From positions 1-61,913 of the forward strand of contig JBGUHW010000099.1 of assembly GCA_045112395.1 (NCBI GenBank): a DNA stretch of 61,913 nucleotides. Reading direction: 5' to 3'. Made by a program: the position numbers and the translations under genes. Positions 1 to 9,144 of this stretch are shown here, one piece after another. The number at the start of each line of letters is the position of its first letter. The first letter of the stretch is position 1. The stretch is from Bacteroidales bacterium (GTDB lineage Bacteria > Bacteroidota > Bacteroidia > Bacteroidales > ML635J-15). A model generated the notes under the pieces. The model had not been told where the DNA came from. It made no database searches and worked only from the letters and a program-made list of their open reading frames with translations.

Positions 1-399
1 GAATGCAAGCTTCTCCTTGTTGCAATCGGGAATAACAAAATTTCCAAGTATGAACGAAAATGCTGTTATTATCACACAACCAATAAAATAAGGATACAAC
101 AGTCGGATCTTGCTTACTCCACTGGCAAAAACAGCCACAAACTCCGATTTGCTTGCCATCTTCGACGTGAAAAATATCACTGATATGAAAACAAAGAGTG
201 AACAAAACAAATTAGCGAAGTTGGGAATAAAGTTTAAATAATACTTGAGAATAATATCAGAAACGCTGGCACCTTTATCAATAAAGTTATCTATCTTCTC
301 CGAAACGTCAAAAACCACGGCTACACATACAATCAAAGAAATAGCAAGTGTGAACGTGCCAAGAAATTTACGAAGAATATACCAGTCCAGCTTTCTCAA
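1..399 (-). CDS. LptF/LptG (YjgP/YjgQ) family permease, N-terminal part; runs off the window edge
   Basis: The minus frame is open from 399 to the window edge. My translation reads (TTG)RKLDWYILRKFLGTFTLAISLIVCVAVVFDVSEKIDNF..., a typical LptF/LptG N-terminus. The TTG at 399-397 abuts the tgt stop at 400-402. It is absent from the ORF track because it has no in-window stop. Confidence 0.6.
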   Translation of the reverse strand, partial: MRKLDWYILRKFLGTFTLAISLIVCVAVVFDVSEKIDNFIDKGASVSDIILKYYLNFIPNFANLFCSLFVFISVIFFTSKMASKSEFVAVFASGVSKIRLLYPYFIGCVIITAFSFILGNFVIPDCNKEKLAF

Positions 400-1530
400 C
401 TATAATCTCCTTCCCAATTTTTCAATCATCATTCTCTTCCAATCGGCAAAAGTACCATCGGCAATATGCTCGCGAGCAAGATCGACAAGATGCAGATAGA
501 AGCCAAGGTTATGAATACTTGCAATTTGCGCCGCAAGCATTTCGCCAGCAATAACAAGATGACGCAAATATGCCTTCGAGTAGAACGAATCGACAATTGT
601 AGTTCCGTTTTCGTCAAGTGGCGAAAAGTCATCTTTCCACTTTTCGTTGCGCATGTTCATCGTGCCTTCCATCGTAAAAAGCATTCCGTTACGAGCATTG
701 CGAGTAGGCATTACGCAATCGAACATGTCAATTCCGCGTGCAATTCCTTCGAGTATATTAGCAGGAGTTCCCACGCCCATAAGGTATCGAGGCTTATCCT
801 GAGGCAAATGTTCGTTTACGATTTCAATCATATCGTACATCTGCTGAGTTGGCTCGCCAACCGACAATCCGCCAATTGCATTGCCCTCAGCTCCGATGTC
901 AGCGACATATTTTGCCGATTCAACGCGCAAATCCTCGTAGGTGGAACCTTGCACAATGGGGAAGAATGCCTGCTTGTAACCATACAAGCCTTCTGTCTCG
1001 TTGAAATGCTTCCAGCCTCGCGAAAGCCATGAATTGGTAAGTTTCAGCGACTTGGCAGCATACTTGTACTCACATGGATACGGAGTACACTCATCGAAAG
1101 CCATCATTATGTCGGCTCCGATGTTACGCTGAATGTCAACTACCCGTTCAGGCGTAAAAATATGCTTCGAGCCATCAATATGGCTTCTGAAAATTGCACC
1201 ATCAGCTGTAAGTTTACGGCAATCGGCCATAGAGAACACTTGGAATCCTCCACTGTCGGTAAGAATCGGTCTGTCCCAGCCATTGAATTTGTGCAGACCA
1301 CCAGCCTTATTGATGATTTCGATACCTGGACGCAAATACAAATGATAGGTGTTACCTAGTATTATTTGCGCATTGATTTCGTTCTTAATCTCGTAAGTAT
1401 GAACGCCCTTTACAGTTCCGCATGTACCTACTGGCATGAATATTGGCGTCTGTATCTCGCCGTGGTCGGTTGTTATAACACCACGACGAGCATTGGTCTT
1501 GTCGTCCTTATGTAAAATCGTAAAATTCAT
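400..1530 (-). CDS. tgt: queuine tRNA-ribosyltransferase (tRNA-guanine transglycosylase)
   Basis: 376-aa ORF with TTDHGEIQTPIFMPVGT, LTDSGGFQVFS and MFDCVMPTRNARNG, the hallmark Tgt blocks. Confidence 0.95.
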   Translation of the reverse strand: MNFTILHKDDKTNARRGVITTDHGEIQTPIFMPVGTCGTVKGVHTYEIKNEINAQIILGNTYHLYLRPGIEIINKAGGLHKFNGWDRPILTDSGGFQVFSMADCRKLTADGAIFRSHIDGSKHIFTPERVVDIQRNIGADIMMAFDECTPYPCEYKYAAKSLKLTNSWLSRGWKHFNETEGLYGYKQAFFPIVQGSTYEDLRVESAKYVADIGAEGNAIGGLSVGEPTQQMYDMIEIVNEHLPQDKPRYLMGVGTPANILEGIARGIDMFDCVMPTRNARNGMLFTMEGTMNMRNEKWKDDFSPLDENGTTIVDSFYSKAYLRHLVIAGEMLAAQIASIHNLGFYLHLVDLAREHIADGTFADWKRMMIEKLGRRL

Positions 1531-1534
1531 GGTG

Positions 1535-1542
1535 CAAAGATA
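1535..1542 (-). promoter_or_regulatory. Bacteroides-type -7 box (TATCTTTG) upstream of tgt
   Basis: The reverse complement of caaagata is TATCTTTG, which matches TAnnTTTG. It ends only 4 nt before the tgt ATG. Confidence 0.4.
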
Positions 1543-1550
1543 AGATAAAT

Positions 1551-1615
1551 TTAAGGATTAGCTTCGCTGATTTATATTTAAGGATTCAAAGATTTGAAAA
1601 TCTGAATAGATCTCC
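1551..1615. repeat. word-like intergenic repeat (AAGGATT / TTCAAAGATTTGAAAA type)
   Basis: The segment reads ttaaggatt...ttaaggattcaaagatttgaaaatctgaa. It shares attcaaagatttga with 59395-59485. Confidence 0.5.
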
Positions 1616-1638
1616 CCAAAATCCAGAAACGGCGAAAT

Positions 1639-1672
1639 AAAAAAACTGCGCGGCACAAATTGCACCGCGCAG
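1639..1672 (-). terminator. rho-independent terminator after rnfA
   Basis: Minus strand: ctgcgcgg-N11-ccgcgcag, an 8-bp GC stem, followed by a T7 run (plus-strand A-run at 1639-1645). Confidence 0.6.
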
Positions 1673-1693
1673 CTACATTATGAAAACAAAACT

Positions 1694-2290
1694 TTATACA
1701 AGTCCTGAGAATCCCATGAAAGCAAGAGCAAGGATACCTGCAACTACGAGAGCTGCTGGAACGCCCTTCATACCTTCTGGAATAGGGAGCTTTGCCAGAT
1801 GTTCGCGGATACCTGCGAAAATCACAAGTGCAAGCATGAAGCCCAAAGCGGTACCTATTGCAAACACTATAGCCGGCAAAAGCGAAGTTGCATCGAGTCC
1901 CATCGAGTTGTATGTTCCGTTGCCAACCAATATTGCAACACCAAGAATTGCACAGTTGGTGGTGATAAGCGGGAGGAAAATACCGAGTGCCTGATACAGC
2001 GACGGGCTTATCTTCTTGAGGATAATCTCGACCATCTGTACGAGTGCAGCAATGATGAGGATGAATGCAACTGTCTGCATAAACTGAATTCCCAACGGAT
2101 TGAGGATGTAGGTCTGCACGAGCCATGTCACAATGGTTGCAAGAGTCATTACGAACAGGACTGCGCTTCCCATTCCTACAGCCGTCTTAACCTTTCCCGA
2201 TACGCCAAGGAACGGGCATATTCCGAGAAACTGGGCAAGCACGATGTTATTTACGAGCATTGCCGATATTATGATGAGTATGTATGCCAT
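1694..2290 (-). CDS. rnfA: Rnf electron transport complex subunit A
   Basis: 198-aa polytopic protein. MAYILIIISAMLVNNIVLAQFLGICPFLGVS matches the RnfA/RsxA N-terminus. It is the last gene of the rnf operon. Confidence 0.92.
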   Translation of the reverse strand: MAYILIIISAMLVNNIVLAQFLGICPFLGVSGKVKTAVGMGSAVLFVMTLATIVTWLVQTYILNPLGIQFMQTVAFILIIAALVQMVEIILKKISPSLYQALGIFLPLITTNCAILGVAILVGNGTYNSMGLDATSLLPAIVFAIGTALGFMLALVIFAGIREHLAKLPIPEGMKGVPAALVVAGILALAFMGFSGLV

Positions 2291-2301
2291 AGTCGTAAAT
2301 T

Positions 2302-2880
2302 TTATTTGTTAAACCTTCTTACTACTGCTATAAAATATGCCAATCCGAAGAATGCACCCGGAGCAAGCACGAATACGAGGATTCCGTCGGCCTGAATGAA
2401 CTGCCATCCGAAAATTGACAGGCTACCGAGAACTTCGCGAACAGCACCCAGAATCATAAGTGCAAGTGCGTATCCGAGACCCATTCCCAAACCATCGACG
2501 CAGGATGCCCATACGCCGTTCTTCGATGCAAATGCCTCGGCACGACCGAGAACTATGCAGTTTACAACGATAAGCGGAATGAACAAGCCCAATGTTTCGT
2601 AAATACCCGGCAAGTAAGCCTGCATAAGCAGGTCGATTACCGTTACAAACGATGCGATTACAACGATGTACGATGGAATACGCACCTTGTCGGGGATAAG
2701 GTTCTTGATTAGCGATATTACTATGTTGGAGCATACGAGGACGAATGTCGTCGCAAGACCCATGCTCAAGCCGTTGATTGCCGATGTGGTGGTTCCCAAT
2801 GTTGGGCAGCAACCGAGCAACATTACCAATACGGGGTTCTCCTTTATGAAACCCTTAGTGAAATTCTTCCAATTATTCAT
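2302..2880 (-). CDS. rnfE: Rnf electron transport complex subunit E
   Basis: MNNWKNFTKGFIKENPVLVMLLGCCPTLGTTTS matches the RnfE/RsxE N-terminus. I chose the ATG at 2880, which gives an ATGAATAA overlap with the rnfG stop. The track start at 3078 would read through rnfG. Confidence 0.9.
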   Translation of the reverse strand: MNNWKNFTKGFIKENPVLVMLLGCCPTLGTTTSAINGLSMGLATTFVLVCSNIVISLIKNLIPDKVRIPSYIVVIASFVTVIDLLMQAYLPGIYETLGLFIPLIVVNCIVLGRAEAFASKNGVWASCVDGLGMGLGYALALMILGAVREVLGSLSIFGWQFIQADGILVFVLAPGAFFGLAYFIAVVRRFNK

Positions 2881-3535
2881 TGTCCTGTCCTCCTTCATTT
2901 TCTGCAACTTCGGTTGGTTCTGCAGTTGCTTCAGCCTTTGCCTCTTCTGCTGCAGGTTGTGCTTCGGTTGCTGTGTTTGACGATTGAGAAGCTGTGTAGG
3001 TTGCGTAAGCCCTATTGAGAGCATCGCAGAAAGCACGCGACGAGATTGTTGCTGCTGTGATAGCGTCAACATCGCCACCGTCCTTCTTTACCTTTGCAGG
3101 GGTAGAAAGGTCCTTGCCAATAACATTGCCCTTTCCGCCTTCCTGGAACCAGTCGCCCATCTTCGAGCCAAGACCGGCGGTTTCCTTATGTTCCAGAACG
3201 GTGTATCCGAAAATCTTGCCTTCGGTATCGAAGCCGACCAAAACCTTCACATCGCCGCCGAAACCCTTGTCGGTAACAACCTCGATAGCTGTACCAACTA
3301 GCTGTTCGTTAGCGTCGAATGCCTTGTAGGTAGGAACGCCATCAACTTCTTCGGCTACCTGATGGTCGAATGTCGGGAGCACCTGCATAAGACCTTCGTT
3401 CAACTTCTTTTCTTTTACAAGTGAAATAGGCTCCTTGGTAAAGTAATAAACGAAACCGAGAGCCACGGCTGCTACTGTTGTAATCACGAACAACGTGAGC
3501 ACCATATTTATTAAAGAACTTTGTTTCTTTGCCAT
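2873..3535 (-). CDS. rnfG: Rnf complex subunit G (FMN-binding), with Ala/Glu-rich C-terminal tail
   Basis: N-terminal membrane anchor and an FMN-attachment-type motif (DAITAATISSRA). It sits between rnfD and rnfE. Confidence 0.85.
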   Translation of the reverse strand: MAKKQSSLINMVLTLFVITTVAAVALGFVYYFTKEPISLVKEKKLNEGLMQVLPTFDHQVAEEVDGVPTYKAFDANEQLVGTAIEVVTDKGFGGDVKVLVGFDTEGKIFGYTVLEHKETAGLGSKMGDWFQEGGKGNVIGKDLSTPAKVKKDGGDVDAITAATISSRAFCDALNRAYATYTASQSSNTATEAQPAAEEAKAEATAEPTEVAENEGGQDNE

Positions 3536-3560
3536 GATAATTCTTTTTTAGGTTCCACAA

Positions 3561-4556
3561 TTATTTCTTTACCTCTTCCTTTGGCGGTTTTACAACCTCG
3601 CCGAAACGTTTCGGCTTGCACCAGTTGTTAATCAGCGGAACAAGTGCGTTCATAATAAGAATTGCGAACGACATACCTTCCGGATACGAACCCCAGGTTC
3701 TGATTAAGATGGTGATGATACCGATACCAACACCATAAATCAACATTCCCTTGCCAGTCATTGGCGAAGTTACCATATCGGTTGCCATGTAGATAGCACC
3801 GAGCAGGGCACCACCAGCGAGGATATGGAACAGCGGGTCGGCATACTTGGTCGGATCAACGCCCCAGAGGATTGCCGAGAAAGCTGCCATAGTTCCGAGA
3901 ACTGCAACTGGAATATGCCAGGTTATAACCTTGCGGATAAGCAGGAAGATACCGCCGATGAGCAATGCTATTGCCGACATTTCGCCGAGCGAACCGCCCA
4001 TGTTGCCGATAAACATATCCATATAGTTGTAGTCAACCATCTGACCTTCGTTGAGAAGTCCCAGTGGAGTTGGTCCTGTTACTGCATCGAGAGCCTTGAT
4101 GTCCCAAATCGGCTGAGGAGTTGGCCAGGTGGTCATCTGCGACGGGAACGAAATGAGCAAGAATACACGACCTACGATTGCAGGGTTGAACGGGTTGTTG
4201 CCAAGTCCGCCGAAAGTCATCTTTGCGATGCCTATTGCGACGATTGCACCTATAACAATAATCCACCAGTCGAGGTTTGCCGGAACGTTGAATGCCAGAA
4301 GCATACCTGTAACGATTGCCGAACCGTCGCAAATGGTGGTCTTTCCCTTCAATAAGAACTTCTGAATCAGCCATTCAACAGCCATACAAGCAACTATCGA
4401 GATTAATGTAACCCTGATAGCGTTGAGTCCGAAGAAGTAAACCGATACGCAGAAGGCTGGTAACAGCGCAATTACCACGCTGTACATTATCTTTTTCACC
4501 GACTCGTTGCTGTGAACGTGCGGTGACATTGCGATTGCTAATCTATTTTCTGCCAT
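3561..4556 (-). CDS. rnfD: Rnf complex subunit D
   Basis: 331-aa polytopic NqrB/RnfD-type protein with SPHVHS, AVTGPTPLG and MATDMVTSPMT. Confidence 0.9.
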   Translation of the reverse strand: MAENRLAIAMSPHVHSNESVKKIMYSVVIALLPAFCVSVYFFGLNAIRVTLISIVACMAVEWLIQKFLLKGKTTICDGSAIVTGMLLAFNVPANLDWWIIVIGAIVAIGIAKMTFGGLGNNPFNPAIVGRVFLLISFPSQMTTWPTPQPIWDIKALDAVTGPTPLGLLNEGQMVDYNYMDMFIGNMGGSLGEMSAIALLIGGIFLLIRKVITWHIPVAVLGTMAAFSAILWGVDPTKYADPLFHILAGGALLGAIYMATDMVTSPMTGKGMLIYGVGIGIITILIRTWGSYPEGMSFAILIMNALVPLINNWCKPKRFGEVVKPPKEEVKK

Positions 4557-4564
4557 AGCTGTTA

Positions 4565-5893
4565 CTATTTTTTAGACCTTAAAATTTTTGTTACTGTCGC
4601 TTTACCGTAGCGGATGTAGTCGGTAATAGGAATTCCTGCTGGGCAGGTGAAGCTGCACGAACCGCATTCGATGCAGTCGAGCACTCTTTCTTCCTTCAAA
4701 GCGTCGAAGTCGCGAATCTTGGCGAGGTTCTTGAGCAAGTAAGGTTCAAGACCCATACAGCAAGCGCTTACGCACTTTCCGCAGCGGATGCAAGCATTTT
4801 CTTCCATACGGACGCTTTCGCTCTGCTTGAACATCAGCACACCTGATGTACCCTTTGTTACAGGTACTTCGAGTGACTTCACAGCCTTACCCATCATAGG
4901 TCCGCCGTTTACTACCTTGCCGGTGTCTTCGGGAAGTCCGCCAACTGCTGCAATGAGATGGCTCAATGGAGTACCAACTCTTGCAAGTATGTTCTTCGGC
5001 GACTTTACCGACTTACCAGTTACAGTTACAACACGCTCGAACAGAGGTTTGTTCTTCTGTACTGCCTCGTAGATAGCGAAGGTAGAACCAACATTCTGTA
5101 CAACGCAACCAACATCGATAGGCAATGCTGGAGGAGCAGGGATTTCGCGGTTTACGGTAGCCTTGATAAGCTGCTTTTCACCACCTTGCGGATATTTAAC
5201 CTTCAAAGGCATAACGATGATTCCGTATTTCTTTGCAGCCTCGGTCATCTTGGCTATTGCGTCGGGCTTGTTGTTCTCAATACCGATGATAATCTTTTCG
5301 GCACCGGTAGCCTTCTGTATAATCTTGCAGCCAACCATAATTTCTTCGGTATGCTCGAGCATAAGACGGTGGTCGGCAGTAAGGTAAGGTTCGCACTCGA
5401 CACCATTTATAATAAGGTGCTCGCACTTCTTTCCCTGTGGGATCGACAACTTAACATGAGCCGGGAATGTTGCACCGCCTGTACCAACTATACCGCATTC
5501 GGCAATCTTGGCGCGGATTTCTTCGGCCGACATTGTGATTTCGGTCTTCAGGTCTGGAGTACGGTCGATGGTTTCGAGCCATTCGTCACCCTCAACATTG
5601 ATGAAGATACAAGTATTCTTGTAGCCCGATGTGTCGATGGTCTTCTCTATCTTTGCAACAGTACCTGATACCGAAGAATGTATGTTTGCCGATACGAATC
5701 CAGTGCTCTTGGCGATGAGCTGACCGACCTTTACGGTGTCGCCCTTTGCAACAACCGGTTCGGCAGGAGCACCTATGTGCTGAGCAATAGGAATCATGAC
5801 CTGCTTGGGCAGTTCTATTCTTTCGATAGGATTTCCTTTTGAAATCTTATTTTCTTGTGGATGAACACCACCTTTTGGAAAAGTTCTTAACAC
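4565..5893 (-). CDS. rnfC: Rnf complex subunit C
   Basis: FPKGGVHP N-terminus, GTGGATFPAHVK, and two 4Fe-4S motifs (CIRCGKCVSAC, CIECGSCSFTCP). The start codon is GTG. Confidence 0.9.
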   Translation of the reverse strand: MLRTFPKGGVHPQENKISKGNPIERIELPKQVMIPIAQHIGAPAEPVVAKGDTVKVGQLIAKSTGFVSANIHSSVSGTVAKIEKTIDTSGYKNTCIFINVEGDEWLETIDRTPDLKTEITMSAEEIRAKIAECGIVGTGGATFPAHVKLSIPQGKKCEHLIINGVECEPYLTADHRLMLEHTEEIMVGCKIIQKATGAEKIIIGIENNKPDAIAKMTEAAKKYGIIVMPLKVKYPQGGEKQLIKATVNREIPAPPALPIDVGCVVQNVGSTFAIYEAVQKNKPLFERVVTVTGKSVKSPKNILARVGTPLSHLIAAVGGLPEDTGKVVNGGPMMGKAVKSLEVPVTKGTSGVLMFKQSESVRMEENACIRCGKCVSACCMGLEPYLLKNLAKIRDFDALKEERVLDCIECGSCSFTCPAGIPITDYIRYGKATVTKILRSKK

Positions 5894-5910
5894 GATGAGT
5901 CCTCCTGAGT

Positions 5911-6831
5911 TTAGTTGTTATTTACATTGTTTTCTACCACTGTAGCTTCGGCTGGTGCTGCTGGTGCAGGAGCTGGCTGTGCTTCGGGCTTTGGAGCTGG
6001 CGGAGTTGCCGGCTTAGGCGGGAAGTTTACAGCGTTGATTGCACCTGTCGGGCATTCTGCTACGCACTTGCGGCACATCTTGCACTTTGTGAAGTCGATA
6101 TATGCAACATTGTTCTCGACGGTGATAGCCTCGAACGGACAAGCCTTTGCGCACTTACCGCAACCGATACAAGCAGCCTTGCAGGCCTTCATAGCCTCGC
6201 CGCCCTTGTCCTTGTTGATACAGCCGACATAAACGCGACGGTCGTTCTTGCCACGGGCGCGAACCTCGATGACACCGCGCGGGCACATCTTGGCGCAACC
6301 ACCACAACCACCACACTTGTCGTAGTCGATTTCGGGAAGTCCCGTTTCCTGGTTAATAGATATTGCACCGAAATGGCATCCGGCAACGCAGTCGCCATAG
6401 CCAAGGCAACCGTACTGGCAACCGGTGTCGCCACTCGATGTAGCGTGAGCGATAGCGCAGGTCTTGGCTCCGTCGTAGGTCGAAGTCTGCGGACGCTTGT
6501 CGTGTGAACCGCAGCATCTAACGACTGCAACCATAGGTTCCTTTTCCTCGGCTACAAGTCCCATAACGGCAGCAACCTTACTCATGGCAGCATTACCGCC
6601 TGCAGGGCAGTACTTGCCATCGAGATTACCGCTTTTCACAACGGCTTCCGACAAACCCCTACAACCGGGGAATCCGCATCCACCGCAATTTGCACCCGGC
6701 AGGCACGCTTCCACTTCGTCGATGCGCGGGTCCTCTTCTACCTTGAATTTCTTGGCGACAAAGAACAGTATTATTGCTAACACTATTCCTAGCGCACACA
6801 AAGGTATCACAGTCCAAATTACAATCTCCAT
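5911..6831 (-). CDS. rnfB: Rnf complex subunit B (polyferredoxin) with Pro/Ala-rich tail
   Basis: N-terminal TM helix, CGGCGFPGC cluster and repeated CxxCxxCxxxCP motifs (CGGCGGCAKMCP, CIGCGKCAKACP, CKMCRKCVAECP). Confidence 0.87.
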   Translation of the reverse strand: MEIVIWTVIPLCALGIVLAIILFFVAKKFKVEEDPRIDEVEACLPGANCGGCGFPGCRGLSEAVVKSGNLDGKYCPAGGNAAMSKVAAVMGLVAEEKEPMVAVVRCCGSHDKRPQTSTYDGAKTCAIAHATSSGDTGCQYGCLGYGDCVAGCHFGAISINQETGLPEIDYDKCGGCGGCAKMCPRGVIEVRARGKNDRRVYVGCINKDKGGEAMKACKAACIGCGKCAKACPFEAITVENNVAYIDFTKCKMCRKCVAECPTGAINAVNFPPKPATPPAPKPEAQPAPAPAAPAEATVVENNVNNN

Positions 6832-6887
6832 AAATTCACTGATTTTAAATTATTAATTTTTGTTTCTGATTTCTTTTTCTATATCTC

Positions 6888-7409
6888 CTAGCTTTTAGGT
6901 TGAGACGCAAAATTTTGCGTCTTTACATTATTTTCGTTTTCCATACTATGAATTTCGCTCCCTGAGCCTGTCGAAGTGGCGAAAGAAAGGCTTTTCTCAA
7001 TTCTAAAGTTAAAAACCTTCTTTATTCTGTCCCGCAGCAAATACAGCACCACATAATATGCCGTGAGCAGTACCAACGACACCAAGGCGGCGATACCCTC
7101 GTTCACACCGATGCCAATCAGCACGAAAAGCCCAATCATCACCACCACAAACGGAAGCGCATAGCCGATAAGCACAGCCTTTGTGCCCATCGTCTGCGTC
7201 ATCTTCACATTCACCTCGTCGCCTACGGAAAATTCCTGTCCTTGCATAAGCTGAGCCTCGACGACCCTGCTGCCCGATTCGCTTGAACCGCAGAACGATG
7301 TGGCCTTGCAGGTGGCGCAAGCCGACGACACCATAATCTCAACGATGGCGGTGCTGCCAGCGATTGACTTCACAGTTCCCTTGTGCGATATTTCTGCCGA
7401 TTCGGGCAT
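6888..7409 (-). CDS. RseC/MucC (SoxR-reducing system) family protein
   Basis: The N-terminal domain has SACATCKATSFCG, followed by two TM helices. It lies directly upstream of rnfB, as is usual in Bacteroidota. Confidence 0.7.
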   Translation of the reverse strand: MPESAEISHKGTVKSIAGSTAIVEIMVSSACATCKATSFCGSSESGSRVVEAQLMQGQEFSVGDEVNVKMTQTMGTKAVLIGYALPFVVVMIGLFVLIGIGVNEGIAALVSLVLLTAYYVVLYLLRDRIKKVFNFRIEKSLSFATSTGSGSEIHSMENENNVKTQNFASQPKS

Positions 7410-7498
7410 TTTACAATTCCAATAATAACGATTGCAAAAATAGATTAATAAATGTTTTTATGCAATAATAAATTTAAGGAAATTTTAAGTTCATCATC

Positions 7499-7530
7499 AA
7501 TCGTAAATCGTGCTTCGTAAATCGTAAATA
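7499..7530. repeat. CGTAAAT-word intergenic repeat
   Basis: aatcgtaaatcgtgcttcgtaaatcgtaaat carries three CGTAAAT words. The same words occur, inverted, at 15431-15463 and 58332-58366. Confidence 0.55.
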
Positions 7531-7535
7531 ATATT

Positions 7536-7543
7536 TACTTTTG
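7536..7543 (+). promoter_or_regulatory. -7 box TACTTTTG
   Basis: Matches TAnnTTTG. It ends 5 nt before the ATG at 7549. Confidence 0.4.
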
Positions 7544-7548
7544 CGCCG

Positions 7549-8184
7549 ATGAACGAAACAAAAATCATATCGCTTTTGCCAAAGTTCGACACCACTTTCT
7601 TCGAAAGGTACGCCAAGATCGTGCTTGTTGATTTGCTCGGCGAGAAATACGCAAACCTCGTCAACCGCGACCGTCCAGACTTGCAAGACAACGAGGCTGG
7701 CATAGGCATAGAAGTTACCCGTGCAATGGTAACTGGCCGCGACGATGCAATTTCGCTCATAGCCGACATGGCTGGTGCAGACGATATTTCCGACAGCGAC
7801 ATCGAACGCATCAGACGCTACGGTTACAGCTACGGTATCCACCGCAGACTGATGGGTAAGGTCGAAGAAGAATTCTGGTCTCTGGCAATTCCGCTCAAGC
7901 GCATAATAGAAAGCAAAGTGTGCAAGGTGGCAAACGGATTTTACGGAAGTTTCCACGAATTCGGGCTGTTTGTATTCTCGAAGGACGAACTTTCGCTCGA
8001 ATACGCCACGCAAACTATGGACTACACCATCGAAATACAGCAGGAAAACGCCACAAAGTACGCCACTATGTTCATTTTCGACACCCACTCGCTTTTCGTC
8101 TGCGACCTCGTGAACGACCTCATAACGCAGATTAATGTGAATGCTGAACAATGCGAAAGATATTATATGGAAGCATTGAAATAG
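7549..8184 (+). CDS. hypothetical protein
   Basis: 211-aa ORF with protein-like composition. I recognise no family. The DRPDL...IGIEVTRA stretch is only loosely reminiscent of PD-(D/E)xK. The opposite-strand ORF 7474-8151 looks like a shadow frame. Confidence 0.55.
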   Translation: MNETKIISLLPKFDTTFFERYAKIVLVDLLGEKYANLVNRDRPDLQDNEAGIGIEVTRAMVTGRDDAISLIADMAGADDISDSDIERIRRYGYSYGIHRRLMGKVEEEFWSLAIPLKRIIESKVCKVANGFYGSFHEFGLFVFSKDELSLEYATQTMDYTIEIQQENATKYATMFIFDTHSLFVCDLVNDLITQINVNAEQCERYYMEALK

Positions 8185-8224
8185 TCAAAACGGTTTTCTC
8201 CTTCATAGTAATCACAAATTGAAT

Positions 8225-8232
8225 TATCTTTG
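8225..8232 (+). promoter_or_regulatory. -7 box TATCTTTG
   Basis: Matches TAnnTTTG, 18 nt upstream of the ATG at 8251. The track start at 8230 lies inside this box. Confidence 0.45.
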
Positions 8233-8250
8233 CCGACAAACAATTGCACG

Positions 8251-9144
8251 ATGTCAGAAAACAAACCGATGAGAGTTGATGTTGCCGAAATAATCAGGAC
8301 AAAAAGTCCGAAATTGGCAAAGAAAATACCTCGCTTCGTCGTAAATATTCTGAGGCGGTTAGTCCATGAAAACGATGTAAACGAAATACTTACCATAGCA
8401 AACGGAGCAACAGGCATCGACTTTGTGAACATTGGTGTTGAATGCTTGGAACTGAAACGCAAAGTCATTGGATTGGAAAACATACCCTCGGAAGGTCGCT
8501 TCATCTTCGTTGCCAACCATCCGCTTGGCGGACTCGAAAGCCTTGTCATGATGCAGACAATCGATGAAAAATTCAGCGACTTCATGTTTGTTGTCAACGA
8601 CTTGCTGATGGCTTTGGAACCGCTGCGTCCAGTTTTTATACCCATAAACAAAGTCGGCAAGCAATCGCGCAACAATGCCGAACAACTTAATGCTCTCTAC
8701 GCATCCGACAAACAGGTTTTGTATTTCCCAGCCGGACTATGCTCGCGAAAAATCAAAGGCAAAATCGTTGACTTGCAATGGCAGAAAAACTTCATTGTCA
8801 AGGCAGTGGAATACCAGCGCGACATAATTCCAATTTACATCGGCGGACGAAACTCAAACTTTTTCTACCGCCTTGCCAATTGGCGCAAACGACTGAAAAT
8901 AAAGTTCAACATCGAGATGCTTTTTCTCGTGGATGAAATGTTCAAACAACGCGGACAAACAATCTCGCTGACAATTGGCAAGCCTATCCCCTATACCACC
9001 TTCGACAAATCCAAAACTCCAACCGAATGGGCAGAATGGGTGAAAACAGAAACTTATAAAATGGCTGAAAGGCTAAAAGAAGAAAAGGCTAAAAGCCGTC
9101 TTCAAGACTTTGAGCCTTCTAGCCCCAAGCAACCAGAAACCTAG
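8251..9144 (+). CDS. PlsC/lysophospholipid acyltransferase family protein
   Basis: FIFVANHPLGGLES is an HX4(D/E)-type acyltransferase block, and there are downstream FPAG-type blocks (YFPAGLCSR). The last ~25 codons are built from an intergenic repeat family (see findings). Confidence 0.72.
   Translation: MSENKPMRVDVAEIIRTKSPKLAKKIPRFVVNILRRLVHENDVNEILTIANGATGIDFVNIGVECLELKRKVIGLENIPSEGRFIFVANHPLGGLESLVMMQTIDEKFSDFMFVVNDLLMALEPLRPVFIPINKVGKQSRNNAEQLNALYASDKQVLYFPAGLCSRKIKGKIVDLQWQKNFIVKAVEYQRDIIPIYIGGRNSNFFYRLANWRKRLKIKFNIEMLFLVDEMFKQRGQTISLTIGKPIPYTTFDKSKTPTEWAEWVKTETYKMAERLKEEKAKSRLQDFEPSSPKQPET

Noticed and set aside
7474-8151. 225-aa minus-strand ORF overlapping the 7549-8184 gene.
   Set aside because: The plus-strand frame has a TAnnTTTG box and better protein-like composition. 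The minus frame looks like the typical stop-free shadow of a relatively GC-rich gene. I cannot fully exclude it without a codon-usage computation.
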